Assembly: GCF_003704095.1 (NCBI RefSeq)
Contig: NW_020844152.1
Coordinates: 682,001 to 746,000 of the forward strand
Direction: 5' to 3'
DNA: 64,000 nt
Origin: Pocillopora damicornis
Lineage: Eukaryota
The notes beneath the pieces are model-generated. The model was not told the DNA's origin. It searched no databases and saw only the letters and a list, made by a program, of their open reading frames with translations. The translations under genes were made by a program, and so were the position numbers. Below, in pieces: positions 50,747-63,000 of the stretch (the first letter of the stretch is position 1; the number at the start of each line of letters is the position of its first letter).

Positions 50747-51456
50747 GCAAAGAGTGTCAAGGGTGATCCAGAATCAGTCCCGTCAAATGCCTCTCTAAAT
50801 AGCAAAAGAAAAGGCAGACAGTATGAATAAGAAAATGGAAATTTATGTCTAGGTCTTAGAGCTATTTTCAGCTGAATTCATAATTAATCAATATTTCCGG
50901 CCTAATTACGTGAGATGCCACAGGCAGACCACGGCAAAAATTCGGTTGAGTTTCGTCGTCGTCGAAGTCTCCTATGGTAATCAGCCACGTGCTTGCGCTC
51001 CTAACTAAAGTGAAGCACTGTTGGTAGAGGTCACTAAATGAATGGGTGACAGCGTACAATATCTGGTTTTGTGGTCTTTTTTTCTTGTGTTTTCGATTTC
51101 ACTCCTATACTTTGATAAGTGGATTTTGCGCTGGAATCACGGAACAGTGCAGGTAGCTGATCATCCATAATTCTTGCTCTAGAGTAAGGCACATCTTACA
51201 CAATCGTAAACTGGTTTAACCTCCTCTCACTTGTTATGAGAAAAGCTTACGTGACCGTGGCCAAAAGAAGGGCGGCTTAAAAGGCTGGTACTGAGTGAAT
51301 ATGAAATTTATTATTTTCACGTATAACTGGGGGGAATGAAGGTAAGACTAACAAACCCCACGTTAGCGCCTCCTGGCGTTTTGTTTCACTATCTTTTTGG
51401 CGCCGTTGTTTTAGGAAAATTGATACGAGCTACTTCAATCAGAATTATTCAGAACT

Positions 51457-51740
51457 TAGAACAGTTTTCGATTGAGTGTCGAAAAATCGAAACCAAACTA
51501 ATCTCAACAACCAATCACAACACACGTAGACATCATCATTAACCGATGAGAACTCAAAGTAAACAAAGGCAACCTGCTTGAAGCGCGGGAAAACGCGAGT
51601 GACCAAGTTGTGATTGGTCACTGTTTTGGATTTGATTGGTTGAGATAATGACGCGAGTTTTCTGGACCAATCATAGAGCGAAGTAAAGCCAAACCAAAAC
51701 ACTCCAGGATCATTTTTGATACTCAATTGAAAATCGCGCA
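51457..51740. mobile_element. Palindromic MITE family (TIR ..TTTTC(A/G)ATTGAGTGTCG...)
   Basis: Ends CAGTTTTCGATTGAGTGTCG / ATACTCAATTGAAAATCG, with internal AACCAATCA / TGATTGGTT and GCGCGGGAAAACGCGAGTGACCAA. Related copies lie at ~58510-58762, ~60745-60910 and ~61250-61492. Confidence 0.75.
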
Positions 51741-53959
51741 AAGAGAATCTCAATGGGATTAGCCGTTAGCCGTAAAACAGCAAAAAAATTAGCCGCTAGG
51801 CAAAGAAATTGAAAAACTTTAACCGTTTGTAGTAAAAAGGGTTAACCTTAACAATTTATTCTTCTAATCACAAAGAAAAGAAATTAACCTTTAGCTGTAA
51901 ATTGGCCAAAATTTTAACCTTTAGCCGTAAAAGCCATCACCTCATTGAAACCCTTCTCTAATTACTTTGATAGACCATTCCCTTCGCAAACTAACGAGCG
52001 AACCAACGAATAAACATACCAATAAACATGAAACTAAAACGAACTAAAATGAAGATCCCGCAATAGTGGTGAACCCCTGAGGAAACCTTGTTGTAAATTA
52101 TCACAAGGAACAGCGACCTGCTAACCTATTAATTTGAGCTTAATTTAGGCCTGTTCGAACGTGCTTGAGATGACGAGCCCCCTGCTGAGATGTTAGATAG
52201 ATTAAAATAGAGAAAGTAAGTACGTTTCTCTATAAAGAACAGACGATGTTGAGTATGAGCTCAACGTCGCATTTTTAGGAAACGTTTCCGCGTTAATCAC
52301 CAAGATACAATATAATTTATGAAGTCATAAAACTAAACCACCTGCACCAGAAACAAATTCTGCCATAGAAGTAATGCAATACTTCCAAGAAACATGTTTT
52401 CAAGCTGAATCCTGACAGTACCGAAGCTTTCTCAGACCGACCCCTAAACCTGCCTAAAGGAAGCGCAGAAATATCTCCTCATCTTGAACTTTCGCAAAAA
52501 ACATCCGCGTAAATGTTTTGAGATTCTTGGAGGATGACACAAACTGACAGTGCTTATATCAATGTTTATGCTTCTGACATCCTTTCTAATTCCTTCCCTT
52601 CTTCGAGTGGCAAACGACGAGAATTTTAAATCTCAAGATGTGCACGTATGTGTTGAGCTTACAAGATGTATTGCATTTGATAATATCTTCCAAGTTATCA
52701 AAAGTACCTTTTAAATTTATTTACTCTGAAAGTTTAGCCGGCAAATACTTCTTTTAAAATATTATGAAAAGGAAATCAAAGGCACTGCAAAGTCGATTTT
52801 CGATTTCGAAGTCGATTAGATTTTGCGCAATGAATGAATTCCAGCCTACTTACAGATTTCATGAGCTTGCTTGTCAACGGTAATGTAGGTGAATTCGTGG
52901 GGAGTGACCCGTTTCAATTGATGGATTTCCCTGCAATTGTTGAGATTAAAAATTGCGCCCAGCTTGTTGACCTGTGCGGTTTTTGTGAACAAGAACGGGT
53001 GGCTCGCCACCTGTACTCTGAAGGATCACATAAAGTGATTTCCGACTGGTATTCATACTTCGCTTAAATTATTACTAACGCGATCGACCCTCCACAGTGC
53101 TAGAGTGTGAATCATGCTGTTAGGAATGGGGAGGGAGGAGGGGGGAGGGGGGAGAGAGAGAGAGAGAGAGAGAGAGAGGTAAGGGGAGACGGAGAGCCCG
53201 GGTAAGAACTGGCAAACGCGTTGGCACCAATATGCGTGGTTTCGAGTAGTTTTATACGACACAGCAATTTTAACTGTGTTCGTGTGTGTGTGCTGCTTTT
53301 TAATTTGAAAAAAAAAACTTGGTATAAAATCGCCCGAAGGTGAAAAAAAACTCACTCGAGAAGGTTAACAATAGCATTAAATCGTGATTAGATTTTGAAA
53401 ATTTTCTCAGGTAGGAGGGCTCCATCACTTCTCTGGCCTACATTATCACACCACAAATTCTTGCTGCCACTAAGACACCTCACTTCTACACCCGCACTAC
53501 CGACCTGTTATTATTGGTAGTAGTATAGCTCGTCTGACTAAGTATAACCACCATGAAAGCGAGGCTTTAAGCAATTTTTTTGGTATGTCACGCAAACAAT
53601 AGTCATATATGAAGAAAAAAAAGTCCTGTTTGCATGTGGTAAGTATTTTTAGATGGGAACTAACTAAGTGCCATGAAAGCGAGGCTTTAAGAAATTTTTT
53701 TTCTGTTTGTCACGCAAACAATAGTCACACATGAGGAAAAAAAGTCTTGTGTGCACGTGGTAAGTATTTTTAGGCGGGAACTGACTAGTCGGTTGAAAGC
53801 GAGGCTCTGAGAAATTTTTAAAGATGTCACGCAAAATTTTTGGTTTGGGCAGTAGTGCGACCTGGGCCTTACCGATAAAAACACTCAGCAACCCATCTCT
53901 TCTTATAATCAAATTTTCCCGCCAACACATGTTTACCCCAACAGACATCTGTCACAATA

Positions 53960-54626
53960 ATAAGCCACCATTGGAACAAATCGCAATTCCTCTGAGGACA
54001 TCTCAAATACATCTTTCCATAATCCTTGTCTGACTTGGACATGGACAATGTGGGAGTCAGTCCACATTCACACACCATACGACTTATGGTATCCAGAGTG
54101 AACCAGCTGTGCCCCTGTTCTCTGCATCCATAATAATAATAATAATTGTAATCTTTCACATCGCAAAAGGTGGGGCAGGACTTTCTTGGCAACGTAGAAA
54201 CACGTCAGGGGAATCTTCTTTCTTAGATTTCAATTCTTCTATCTGGGTACAGTGTATGGAACATGGATAACTGACTTCCACATTATACAACAACTCGTCC
54301 AAAGACGCATAGGGATAATCACCTGTTCCTTCAGGGGTGACCTCTCCTTCTTCCACCACCACCAACTCCTTCTTCTCACCACTAGACTTGTCCACTTTGT
54401 TCATCAGCGACTTCATTTCTTCCAGAGGTGGGGCAGGTTCCTCAGGTTTCTTGAAATGTTCACTCGTCACCACGACCTTCTCATCTTCTTGGGGCGGTAA
54501 CGCATCCACAAAAATAGTGCCTTTCAATTTGTCTTTGGCTGCCTGTTTCGCTGCTGCTTTCTTACTCTTATACGGATGAGCTCTTGAACTCGTTGTCTTA
54601 GAACTCTTCTTCTTTATGTCTTCCAT
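53960..54626 (-). pseudogene. Frameshifted ORF inside the element: Lys/Glu-rich N-terminus, then two zinc-ribbon modules, the second of the GRF type
   Basis: ORF 54626-54156 (...YPCSIHC...DVFLRC) continues after a 1-nt shift near 54190 as PRKSCPTFC...MVCECGLTPTLSMSKSDKDYGKMYLRCPQRNCDLFQWW. This matches the zf-GRF pattern CxC...G(R/K)x(F/Y)xxC...CxxFxW. Confidence 0.7.
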
Positions 54627-54971
54627 TTTCTTTTCTTCTTCTTCTTCTTCTGCTCTGCCTCTCTTCTTAAGATCTGTGTGAATGAAAAACAGGGGTTGAT
54701 AACACAGTCTGTTATAGCAAACGAATGGGCGGAGTCATATCCCTTATTTAGAATTCATCTGACATAATCTCCTGTCGACATGTTTACCTCAACAGACAGC
54801 TGTCATCTCTCTCCCGCAGAGATGGTTCTATCCACACAGGGACAAAAAACTTTCCCGCTCAAATTCTGTTTGGGTTCTATTATCGCCACGCCGGAGGAAA
54901 AACTATTGTTTTAAGCCTGTCACACAAGGTATTGTGTGACAAAAACTCAGGATTATAGGATTAAAAATCAT

Positions 54972-55440
54972 GTCGGGGCGAATATTTGACAACTGTCAAC
55001 GCTTCCAGCTGTCCGATCAAATCAGTGACATCTTTCATCAGATTCTTCCAATTGAGATAAGCGCTGATGACATCTTCAAAATCATGCCCACACGCATGTA
55101 TCTTTTTTCCCATCTCAATATAGTTAAACCCGTGTGTAAAGATACAGCTGTATGTAAGCGCCCACAGGTGTCGGATACTGACGGATGTCTTTACATGTAA
55201 ACAGTTATTTGTCATATGCTTATCTCCTGTTTCTCTCGAGAATATGTAACCATCGGGGCGAATATTCGACAACTGTCAACGCTTTCAGTTGTCCGATCAA
55301 ATTAGTGACATCTTTCATCGGATTCATCCAATTGAGATAAGCACTGATGACGTCTTCGAAGTCGTGCCCATACGCTCGGATCTTTAGTTCATTTCTCAAT
55401 AAAGTTAAACACGTGTGTAAACAGATACAACTGCATGTTT
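54972..55440. repeat. Internal direct duplication (~190 bp of similarity, period ~280 bp) within the element
   Basis: TCGGGGCGAATATT.GACAACTGTCAACGCTT.CAG.TGTCCGATCAAAT.AGTGACATCTTTCATC occurs at 54972 and again at 55253. Confidence 0.85.
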
Positions 55441-56894
55441 ACATTTTGGACACCACATCATTAACAAGACAGATTCAGTGGTTTAACGAAAATGACTGCA
55501 TTGAAACGTCTTGGAAGAACCCATTAAAAATTTTGAGTGATGGTTAGGCACTTCAGACTTATAACGTGTTTTCCCGTTTTTTCTTCATGTGTGACACTAT
55601 TTTTGCGTGACATTTTCAAAAATTTCTTGGAGCCTCGCTTTCAATCGACTAGTCAGTTCCCGCCTAAAAATACTTACCACATGCACACAGGCCTTTTTTT
55701 CATGTGTGACTATTGTTTGCGTAACATACCCAAAAAATTTTATTAGAGCCTCGCTTTCATGTCGGTTAGTCAGTTCCCGCCTTGAAATACCTACCACATG
55801 CACACAGGACCTTTTTTCTTCATGACTATTGTTTGCGTGACATACCCAAAAAAAAAATTTCTTAGAGCCTCGCTTTCATGTCGGTTAGTCAGTTCCCGCC
55901 TAAAAATACCTACCACATGCACACGGGACTTTTATTTTCTTCATGTGTGACTATTGTTTGCGTAACATCCAAAACTATCTTACAGCCTCACTTTAATGGT
56001 GGTTAGTCGGTTCCCGCCTAAAAATACTTACCACATGCACAGAGGACTTTTTTTCATGTGACTATTGTTTGCGTGACATACCCCCAAAAAATTTCTTAGA
56101 GCCTCGCTTTCATGTTGGTTAGTCAGTTCCCGCCTAAAAATACTTACCACATGCACACAGGAATTTTTTCATAATGTGACTATTTCTTGCGTGACATCCA
56201 AAAATATCTTACAGCCTCACTTTCATGGTGGTTAGTCAGACGAGCCATACTACTATTGGTTGTCTTCTAAGAATATTTGTTTATTTTGAAGGACTTTTAT
56301 TTAAAACTCCTTTTAAATTCAAGGATGAGTATTCTGTTATGACTGCAGAAATGACACCGGCGTGATCGAGAAAGCGAGAGTCTGTTCCTGTTACCATCAA
56401 TCAGTCATGAGACGCTTCGATTCGAAGGCATTAGTTATCAAACCGGGCTGGAGGTCCATATGGGTAAAAACTGTGCCCAAGGTCTTGAGTGCGATCGAGG
56501 TCGTACTTTTAAAAGACATCGGACACAGTTTTTTCCCCACGTGGACCGACCTGGACCAGTAAATAACTTCTTTTTTCATTGGTTTGATTTTTCCTGTTTT
56601 GCCGCGAACGGCGCAGAAAAATATTCCGAACCGTGATCCACACGGTAGAAAGCTGAACTAGTTACTTATGCGCGATTGGCTAATCAGATCCGAGGGTTTA
56701 ATACTCTGGCCCGCTGAGATGCTTCAGAAAAACGCGACTCACTGTTGCTCAAAGCATCCGCTGAATATTTACAAAAAACATACAAACAAACAAACAAACA
56801 AACAACAGAAAGAGTAACTTGTCCACAGAAAGTTTTACGAATTACAACTTAAAAAAATATGATGAAATCAGTACTAATTCTAATACTTATACCA

Positions 56895-56955
56895 CTAATG
56901 ATGATGATGATGATGATAATAATAATGATAATAATGCCAATAACAATAGTTATTA
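56895..56955. repeat. (ATG)n/(ATA)n trinucleotide microsatellite downstream of the BUB1 stop
   Basis: Seen directly in the sequence. Confidence 0.85.
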
Positions 56956-57035
56956 ATACGAACATAGCAAAAAGCTGTATGATACAGTTCTTCCTTTTAT
57001 TCAGAAGCCAGTCGGATTTCAAGAGGAAGGTGTGC

Positions 57036-60000
57036 CTAAAACATGAACACCTCGTGGCTTCGTCTGTGTCTGGAGTAATTTTCTTCATCCGCAAGGTAAA
57101 ACTGTTCAAATTCTTCACGAAAATCTTTCAGAGATGGTTGCTTCTCACAGCTTGGTATGTTCAACAGCGAGTCGAAGAGCCTTCCCCAAATTGGATTCCA
57201 ATACCTGCGATATTTTTCAAAGAGAGAATTCATAACCAGAACAAAGACGAGGCCACCACACGTCAGGAAAAGAATTCCCCACGAAATGAATGTTCTCAAA
57301 TGATAGGATAAAACCGGGGAAAGTGGCACTTGAAGAGACCCCGTAAGACAGTAATAAGGGTTAAAGGCGGGGAAACTGAACTGGTGGAAAGCGCAAGAAA
57401 ATGAGCAATAAGGGTAAAAAGCGGGAAAACTGGTCATTGTAGAGAGAGCTGGAAAATGAGTAACAGGGGAGGTGTTTATTAGAAATATTACACCTCGATA
57501 TGAACTAAAAGGCGAGCTAGATGGACAAGAGCAATAAAAGCCGAGATGAGGGCGCAGAGCTAACTAACCAAAACACTGAATTTGAAAAGACGCAGTTTGA
57601 TAAAGTTCTCTCTTTAAAGGAGAGCATGCATCTGAAACCATGGATTTTTATCGCCACCATCAAAAAGTATCTTGAGATTACGAATGGTGAAGTGAACTGC
57701 AGAGAGTTGCGTACGTTCGTATTACCGGATCCATAATAGCATTTTTAACACATTCAAAGACAGTTTTCGAACGTTTGGGTTACTTCTGCTTTGAAATCTA
57801 AAAAGGCGTAATGTGTATTTTTATCACATACGTTTTTTAAGGTGGAGACAGAAATTTCCTCCTTCTGGAGCATTTGAATGAAAGGGAGTGATCGTGTAAT
57901 CTAAACTTTGACAGTGAGTGCCTGTAAGAGATAAAATAATAGTGAGCATACCTTTTGAATGGTTTTGTGGTTTTCCACCTTCCCATTTTGTCTTGGCTTA
58001 CTTTCATGTAATCAAGAAATAAGAGACAGTGTATTGTGCCCAAAAGCCCATACATATCAACCTGCAAACCAATGAAACACCAGCGTTAGTACAGAATAAC
58101 AGGAACCCTTTAAGTGGCATAAGGAGTCGCCGCAGCCCGACCGTTATAGCTGGGATGGTGCAATGAAGAGAACAGCTGCACCCAATCTCTGTGGCCTAGG
58201 TTCGACTCCCAGACCTGGCGTTTCAACTAGCTGCGTTTGCTGGATTTATTCGCGTGATAAAGACTATGAGGTATTTCGCGTCGCAAAAACCTTCTTTCCT
58301 TCCTCTGGAAAAAAAAATTTACAGGTTAAGACACCATATACTGATAAATGGTACTGAAGGCTGCGCGGCGCAGTTTTACTCAACAAAACGTTTTTCCTTT
58401 ATTCAGGAAAGAGCCTCTTAAGTTGAAGACGCACATTGCTGTTATCTAGGAGTGAAGACTTCGTGAAATTCAATTGTGAAAATGTGACTATACTCTTAAT
58501 AGCTTTTGTAGAGCCTCTTATTAGAGTGTTGAAAGTAATCCATGATTGCTTTAGACTTGCTTAACTTCACTGTGACTGGTTCAGAAACTCGCGCCACCCA
58601 CTCAATCAATCAGATTCAAAACTAAAATTTGGTCACTCGCGCTTTCCCGCGCTTTAAGCAGTCTGCCTGTTTTCACTCTGAGTTCTCATTGGCTAATGAT
58701 GTCCACTTTGGCTTTGATTGGTTTTCGGTTTAGGTTTTTCAACTCCACTGAAAACTGCTCTAGCTCGAGCAAAGCTAAGCTCGTTTTGACATTGTAGTTT
58801 TTCTAGCTACGGTAACTTGAAGGGATCTTTTTTGGAAGGTAGTATGAATCCTTACACGAAGCTTTCGTTACCTGAGTGGTCCAAGGTCTACCCTCTTTCA
58901 TTTCTATGCACTGAAAATCTTCTGTGTAACAGTTGGTAGTGAAAGTTGTTCCGGCTGGAAAAAGGGTCATGTCCACACTACGTCCGAAGTCGATCAATTT
59001 TAGGCATGCGCAGTCCAATGTATCTTCACTAAGAAAAATAAAAAATGGAGAGAAATGAAGATGGTGTGTTAAAATCCTGTGAGGTTTTTTTTTCTTTTTA
59101 TGACATATGCATAGCCCTGTAATGAGCTATTTGGCTGAGTCAGTCGAACAGACAAACAAACTAAACTAATTTGATTACCTATCCAACACAAGGAAATTGT
59201 CTGGTTTTATGTCTCCGTGAATGATGCCACAAGAATGCAAGGTTTCTATAATTCGCAAAAGAGCAATGGTGTAATAAAACAGGACGCCTTCCTCCATGGT
59301 CTTCTTCTCCATTTTGTATTTGTTTACCATATCCTGAGGAAAAAAGAACAAAACTCGTCAATTTATCAATCATACTGTTTATATGATTCCTATGCATTTC
59401 CTCAGGTACTGATATTGCCAATTTGTTAACAACTAAGAGCTTCTAACAAGTTGGGTGATCATTTCCTTTATTCTCGCGACCTTAATGTTTGATTCAAGGG
59501 TGACACTGTTAGGAGATTTTGCATGCTGATCACTTTTAGGAGTTCAGAGTTAGGAGTTAAGCTGGACGAAGGAAAGTTTCAAGACGGTTTTCAACCTCGC
59601 AGAAATATTAGGGATTGGACCCGAAAAAAACTCAATACTGAAGACAAAGCCTTAATTGGACTTCTGTGATCGGCCCTTCGTCTTTCGCAACGGTTTTCTA
59701 TGGGATTGCGCGCGGAGGGCCGTACGGGTCATACGATAGTCCGATTTTACTTCGGAAAAAGACTTACCAGAATGGTACCAAGTGGGTTGTATTTATCCAC
59801 CAACACTGATGAATTAGAATACACAAATGCCGCTATTGGGTCCATGAACATCGCCTGCTGAAGGAAAAACAAGTGCACAAGCGATGTTATTGTCGAGGAG
59901 TCTTCGCGAGGCTGTATGAGAGACTGGGACTGGTTTTGGGTTAAGGGCTTGGCAGCTTAAGGACGGCATAGGAGGAAAAGTTTTCACTGCGTTTGAGCTC

Positions 60001-63000
60001 AAATGACTGAGTTAAAAAGAACTTAAGAGATTTGGAAAAACCTTTCGCACAGTGATTACCTTACAAAAAGGTTTTCTCATCCTCGGCAACAGTTATTGCC
60101 TTGTCCTCAACACTGTACTTAATAGCTCTAACCTTGGCTAGCAGTCAGATTTAGCTTCGCGATTGACTTCAGATAAGACAAAAATGTTCTCGATCAAAAT
60201 GAATCGTTTTATCTCCCCAATTAGGCTTTCCGCCGGTACTAGAGAAATCACTTTAGCACCAACTTTAACTCTAATCTAAAATTTCCATTTTTTTTTTCCT
60301 AACGAAGGTCACTTGACCAACACTCAAGGCGTCAACTGCTTGTACTTTACGTTCTCAATATAGTTTAAGGCTAAGTTTAGGAGGGAATTCTTAAAATTGA
60401 AGAGCCATAAACTTACCAGCTCTTTAGAGCATCCACACTCCCTCATTCTCTTTTGAAGCTGTTTACTTACGTAAAATTCCCATTCAATCGATATTTCCTG
60501 TACCTGTAGGATATATTAACACAAATAACCATGGGTGGTTCCATGAACTAAACAAAAAAAGGGGATCTAAACCTAAAACCAAAGGTGGAAAAATGCCTCA
60601 GGTTTATGAGGGGTTTTAGAGGGAAAAATACTAACGGAATCTGATCTAAATTCATGCGAATGAGCGTTAGGTGCAATGTTAAGTGTGGATAAACATGTAA
60701 CAGACGCCGGACAGAATGTCATGCGCAATAGACAAACAACAGAGGCTCTTTGATTGGTCTTGAAAACTCGCGCCCACCCTTCTCAACCAATCATGTACAA
60801 TACTAGAATCCATCATTCTCGTTTTCCCGCCCTTCAGGTCGTTTGCTTCTGATCTCTAGTGGGTTCTCATTGGTTCCTTGGAATTTTCCTTCGCCCAGAA
60901 TTGTTCGTTGTATTTCGGTTTAGGTCACATAACATGGGTGTTGGCTTAAAATAAGCGCGTAGATACACGCAACGGGCACAAGACACCCTCAAAAGGACAA
61001 AGGAATCACAAAAAAAATTTATCAGAACTGACATTCTGATCAACCTGAAAAAGGCACCCTACCTTCAACACCACGGAACTTTCGTCGTCAGTTTCGAAAT
61101 CGTTATCATCATTGTCACCGAATTTTTTCGCCAAGAAAACTTTGGCGAAAGCCCCAGAACCGATCGACTTTTCAACATTGAATATTTCATTGCCACCTAC
61201 AAACATAAACAAGAGAAGTAAATTATGATGTTCAAATCTGGTTCGTAAATAGAGCGCCTTTCGATTGAGCGTCGTAGAAACCAAAACCAAGCAGTCAATG
61301 GGAACTCGAGGTAAAAACAAGAAAACTGCATGAAGCGCGAAAAAAACGCGAGTAACCAAGTCGCATTGGTTTTAGTTTTTCATCTGATTGGTTGAAAAAC
61401 ATGTGCAAGTTTTCTAAACCAATCAAAGTACCAAATGAAGCAAAACCACTGCAATCCCGGATGACATTCGACGCTCAATTGAAAATTGCCCTATTGCAAA
61501 ATTAGGACTTACTGAGAGGTTTCTCCAATTTGAACAAAGAATTTCAAGCTTCAGTCTCTAATTCACAAAATGAAACAACACTTTTTGGTGTTTCTTTAAA
61601 AAGGACCTTTATTTGGGTAGTATCGTTCACTACAGTTTTAATGCCACAATCAGACATTTTTTGGGTTTAATTCAAAACTTAAGGGGGGCTTATTTTAGGC
61701 ATTTCTCCCGGCAAAGAGATTCACAACTCACCTAAATTCACGGATGCATTTGATACAATTCTTGGCACTTCTTTGCTTGACACAGTGAATCCTTCATAGC
61801 TTGATAAAGAAGGATTAATCCGGCGGAGTAAATTGTCAACAACAGCACCAGCGAAAGGGTTTATCGCAACATTACCAACATTGACAGCCTGTTGTTCACC
61901 ATCACCGTGGCAGAGGCTTGTTTCCTCTTGTATCTTACTTAGTTCCAACCCATTGTGCTGCTGTGCACCAACTGAACACGAAAATCGCCTGGATGAACCG
62001 TTGGACGAATGGCTTGAGTTTGTTGATTTGGTATCCTCCTGGCTGGCTTCAAATATTGGGCTCAAAACTTTGCTGGGCGTGGAAATAAAGCTGTTGCTTG
62101 CTTGGACAGTGTTCGGATGTAAGGAACGGTATTGACCTCCGTCAGAAGGCAAGTCACTCAATTCTGGAATTTCATTAGCTGGGCGAATTGTGCTGCAAGG
62201 AAGGCTGGGAAGTGACATCGGGCCATTTGTGTAACAGAATGGAGTCGAGGCCATGTGTGCCGCAGTTGCGAAGCTTGAAGATGCAAGGGTCTGGTCATGA
62301 GTGAAATCGGCCAAGAAAACTTCGCTAGTTTTGTCCAGCTGTTGCAACGGTTGGTAATTCTTGAGATTTGTACTCTCAAATTTTTCATTCATTTCAGCTT
62401 CTTCCTCGTCATCATCCTCCTCTGAGCAGGTTGGAATACCCAGGGATGGCTGAAGAATACCAGCTAAGGGTCGACGACATGCTTCTTGCCGGTTGCCTTT
62501 CGGTGGCCTGTCCAGCAAACAGAACAAAAGTAGTTGTCAGAGACAAATCATATTTGATGTGAATTAGCAAAACATGCAATAACGAAAAAAAGAAAAGATG
62601 ACACTTTGGTCAAACACTCCACTTCCAGCTGGACCCTCCAAACACAGTTATTGTGTATCAACTCATTTTAAAAGTGATTCAACGGATACAGAGTAATTCC
62701 AACATTTAAAAGCTTTTATGAAATACAATAGCCATTATTAAGATAAGTACTGACAGAAGTGCAGGGCGGAAATAGGGAGTGTATAAATCTCGGGAAACAC
62801 CATATTCAACACGTACATATTTTCCTTGTCTTCAAATTCCTTTTCTTTGTCATCTGTGTCTCCATTCCTTTTGTCAGCCACAGTCTCATCATAAATCACG
62901 AAACCAGCAGAACTTCCAAATCCTCCTTTTTCAAAACAGTTAAAAAAGAGAAACTTGTCAGTGCAACTTTTTGGTTCTTTGAAAGGTTTTTGTTTCATAA

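Larger units (their letters stand above)
53519..56254. mobile_element. Non-autonomous Polinton/Maverick-like element (2.7 kb) with repeat-built TIRs and a 6-bp TSD
   Basis: Left end AGTAGTATAGCTCGTCTGACTAA; right end TTAGTCAGACGAGCCATACTACT. ATTGGT is duplicated at 53513-53518 and 56255-56260. The arms consist of ~120-bp tandem units in inverted orientation (~53519-53840 and ~55585-56254). Confidence 0.8.

Noticed and set aside
53664-53948. ORFs within the repeat arms of the 2.7-kb element (also 55537-55825)
   Set aside because: Translations of the ~120-bp TIR units; frames are not conserved between units.
56849-57311. ORFs with poly-Met or poly-Ile tracts
   Set aside because: Produced by the (ATG)n/(ATA)n microsatellite and by overlap with the last BUB1 exon.
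58125-58225. Possible tRNA gene (GGTTCGACTCC B-box)
   Set aside because: No cloverleaf or acceptor stem can be formed; more likely a decayed tRNA-derived SINE head in a BUB1 intron.
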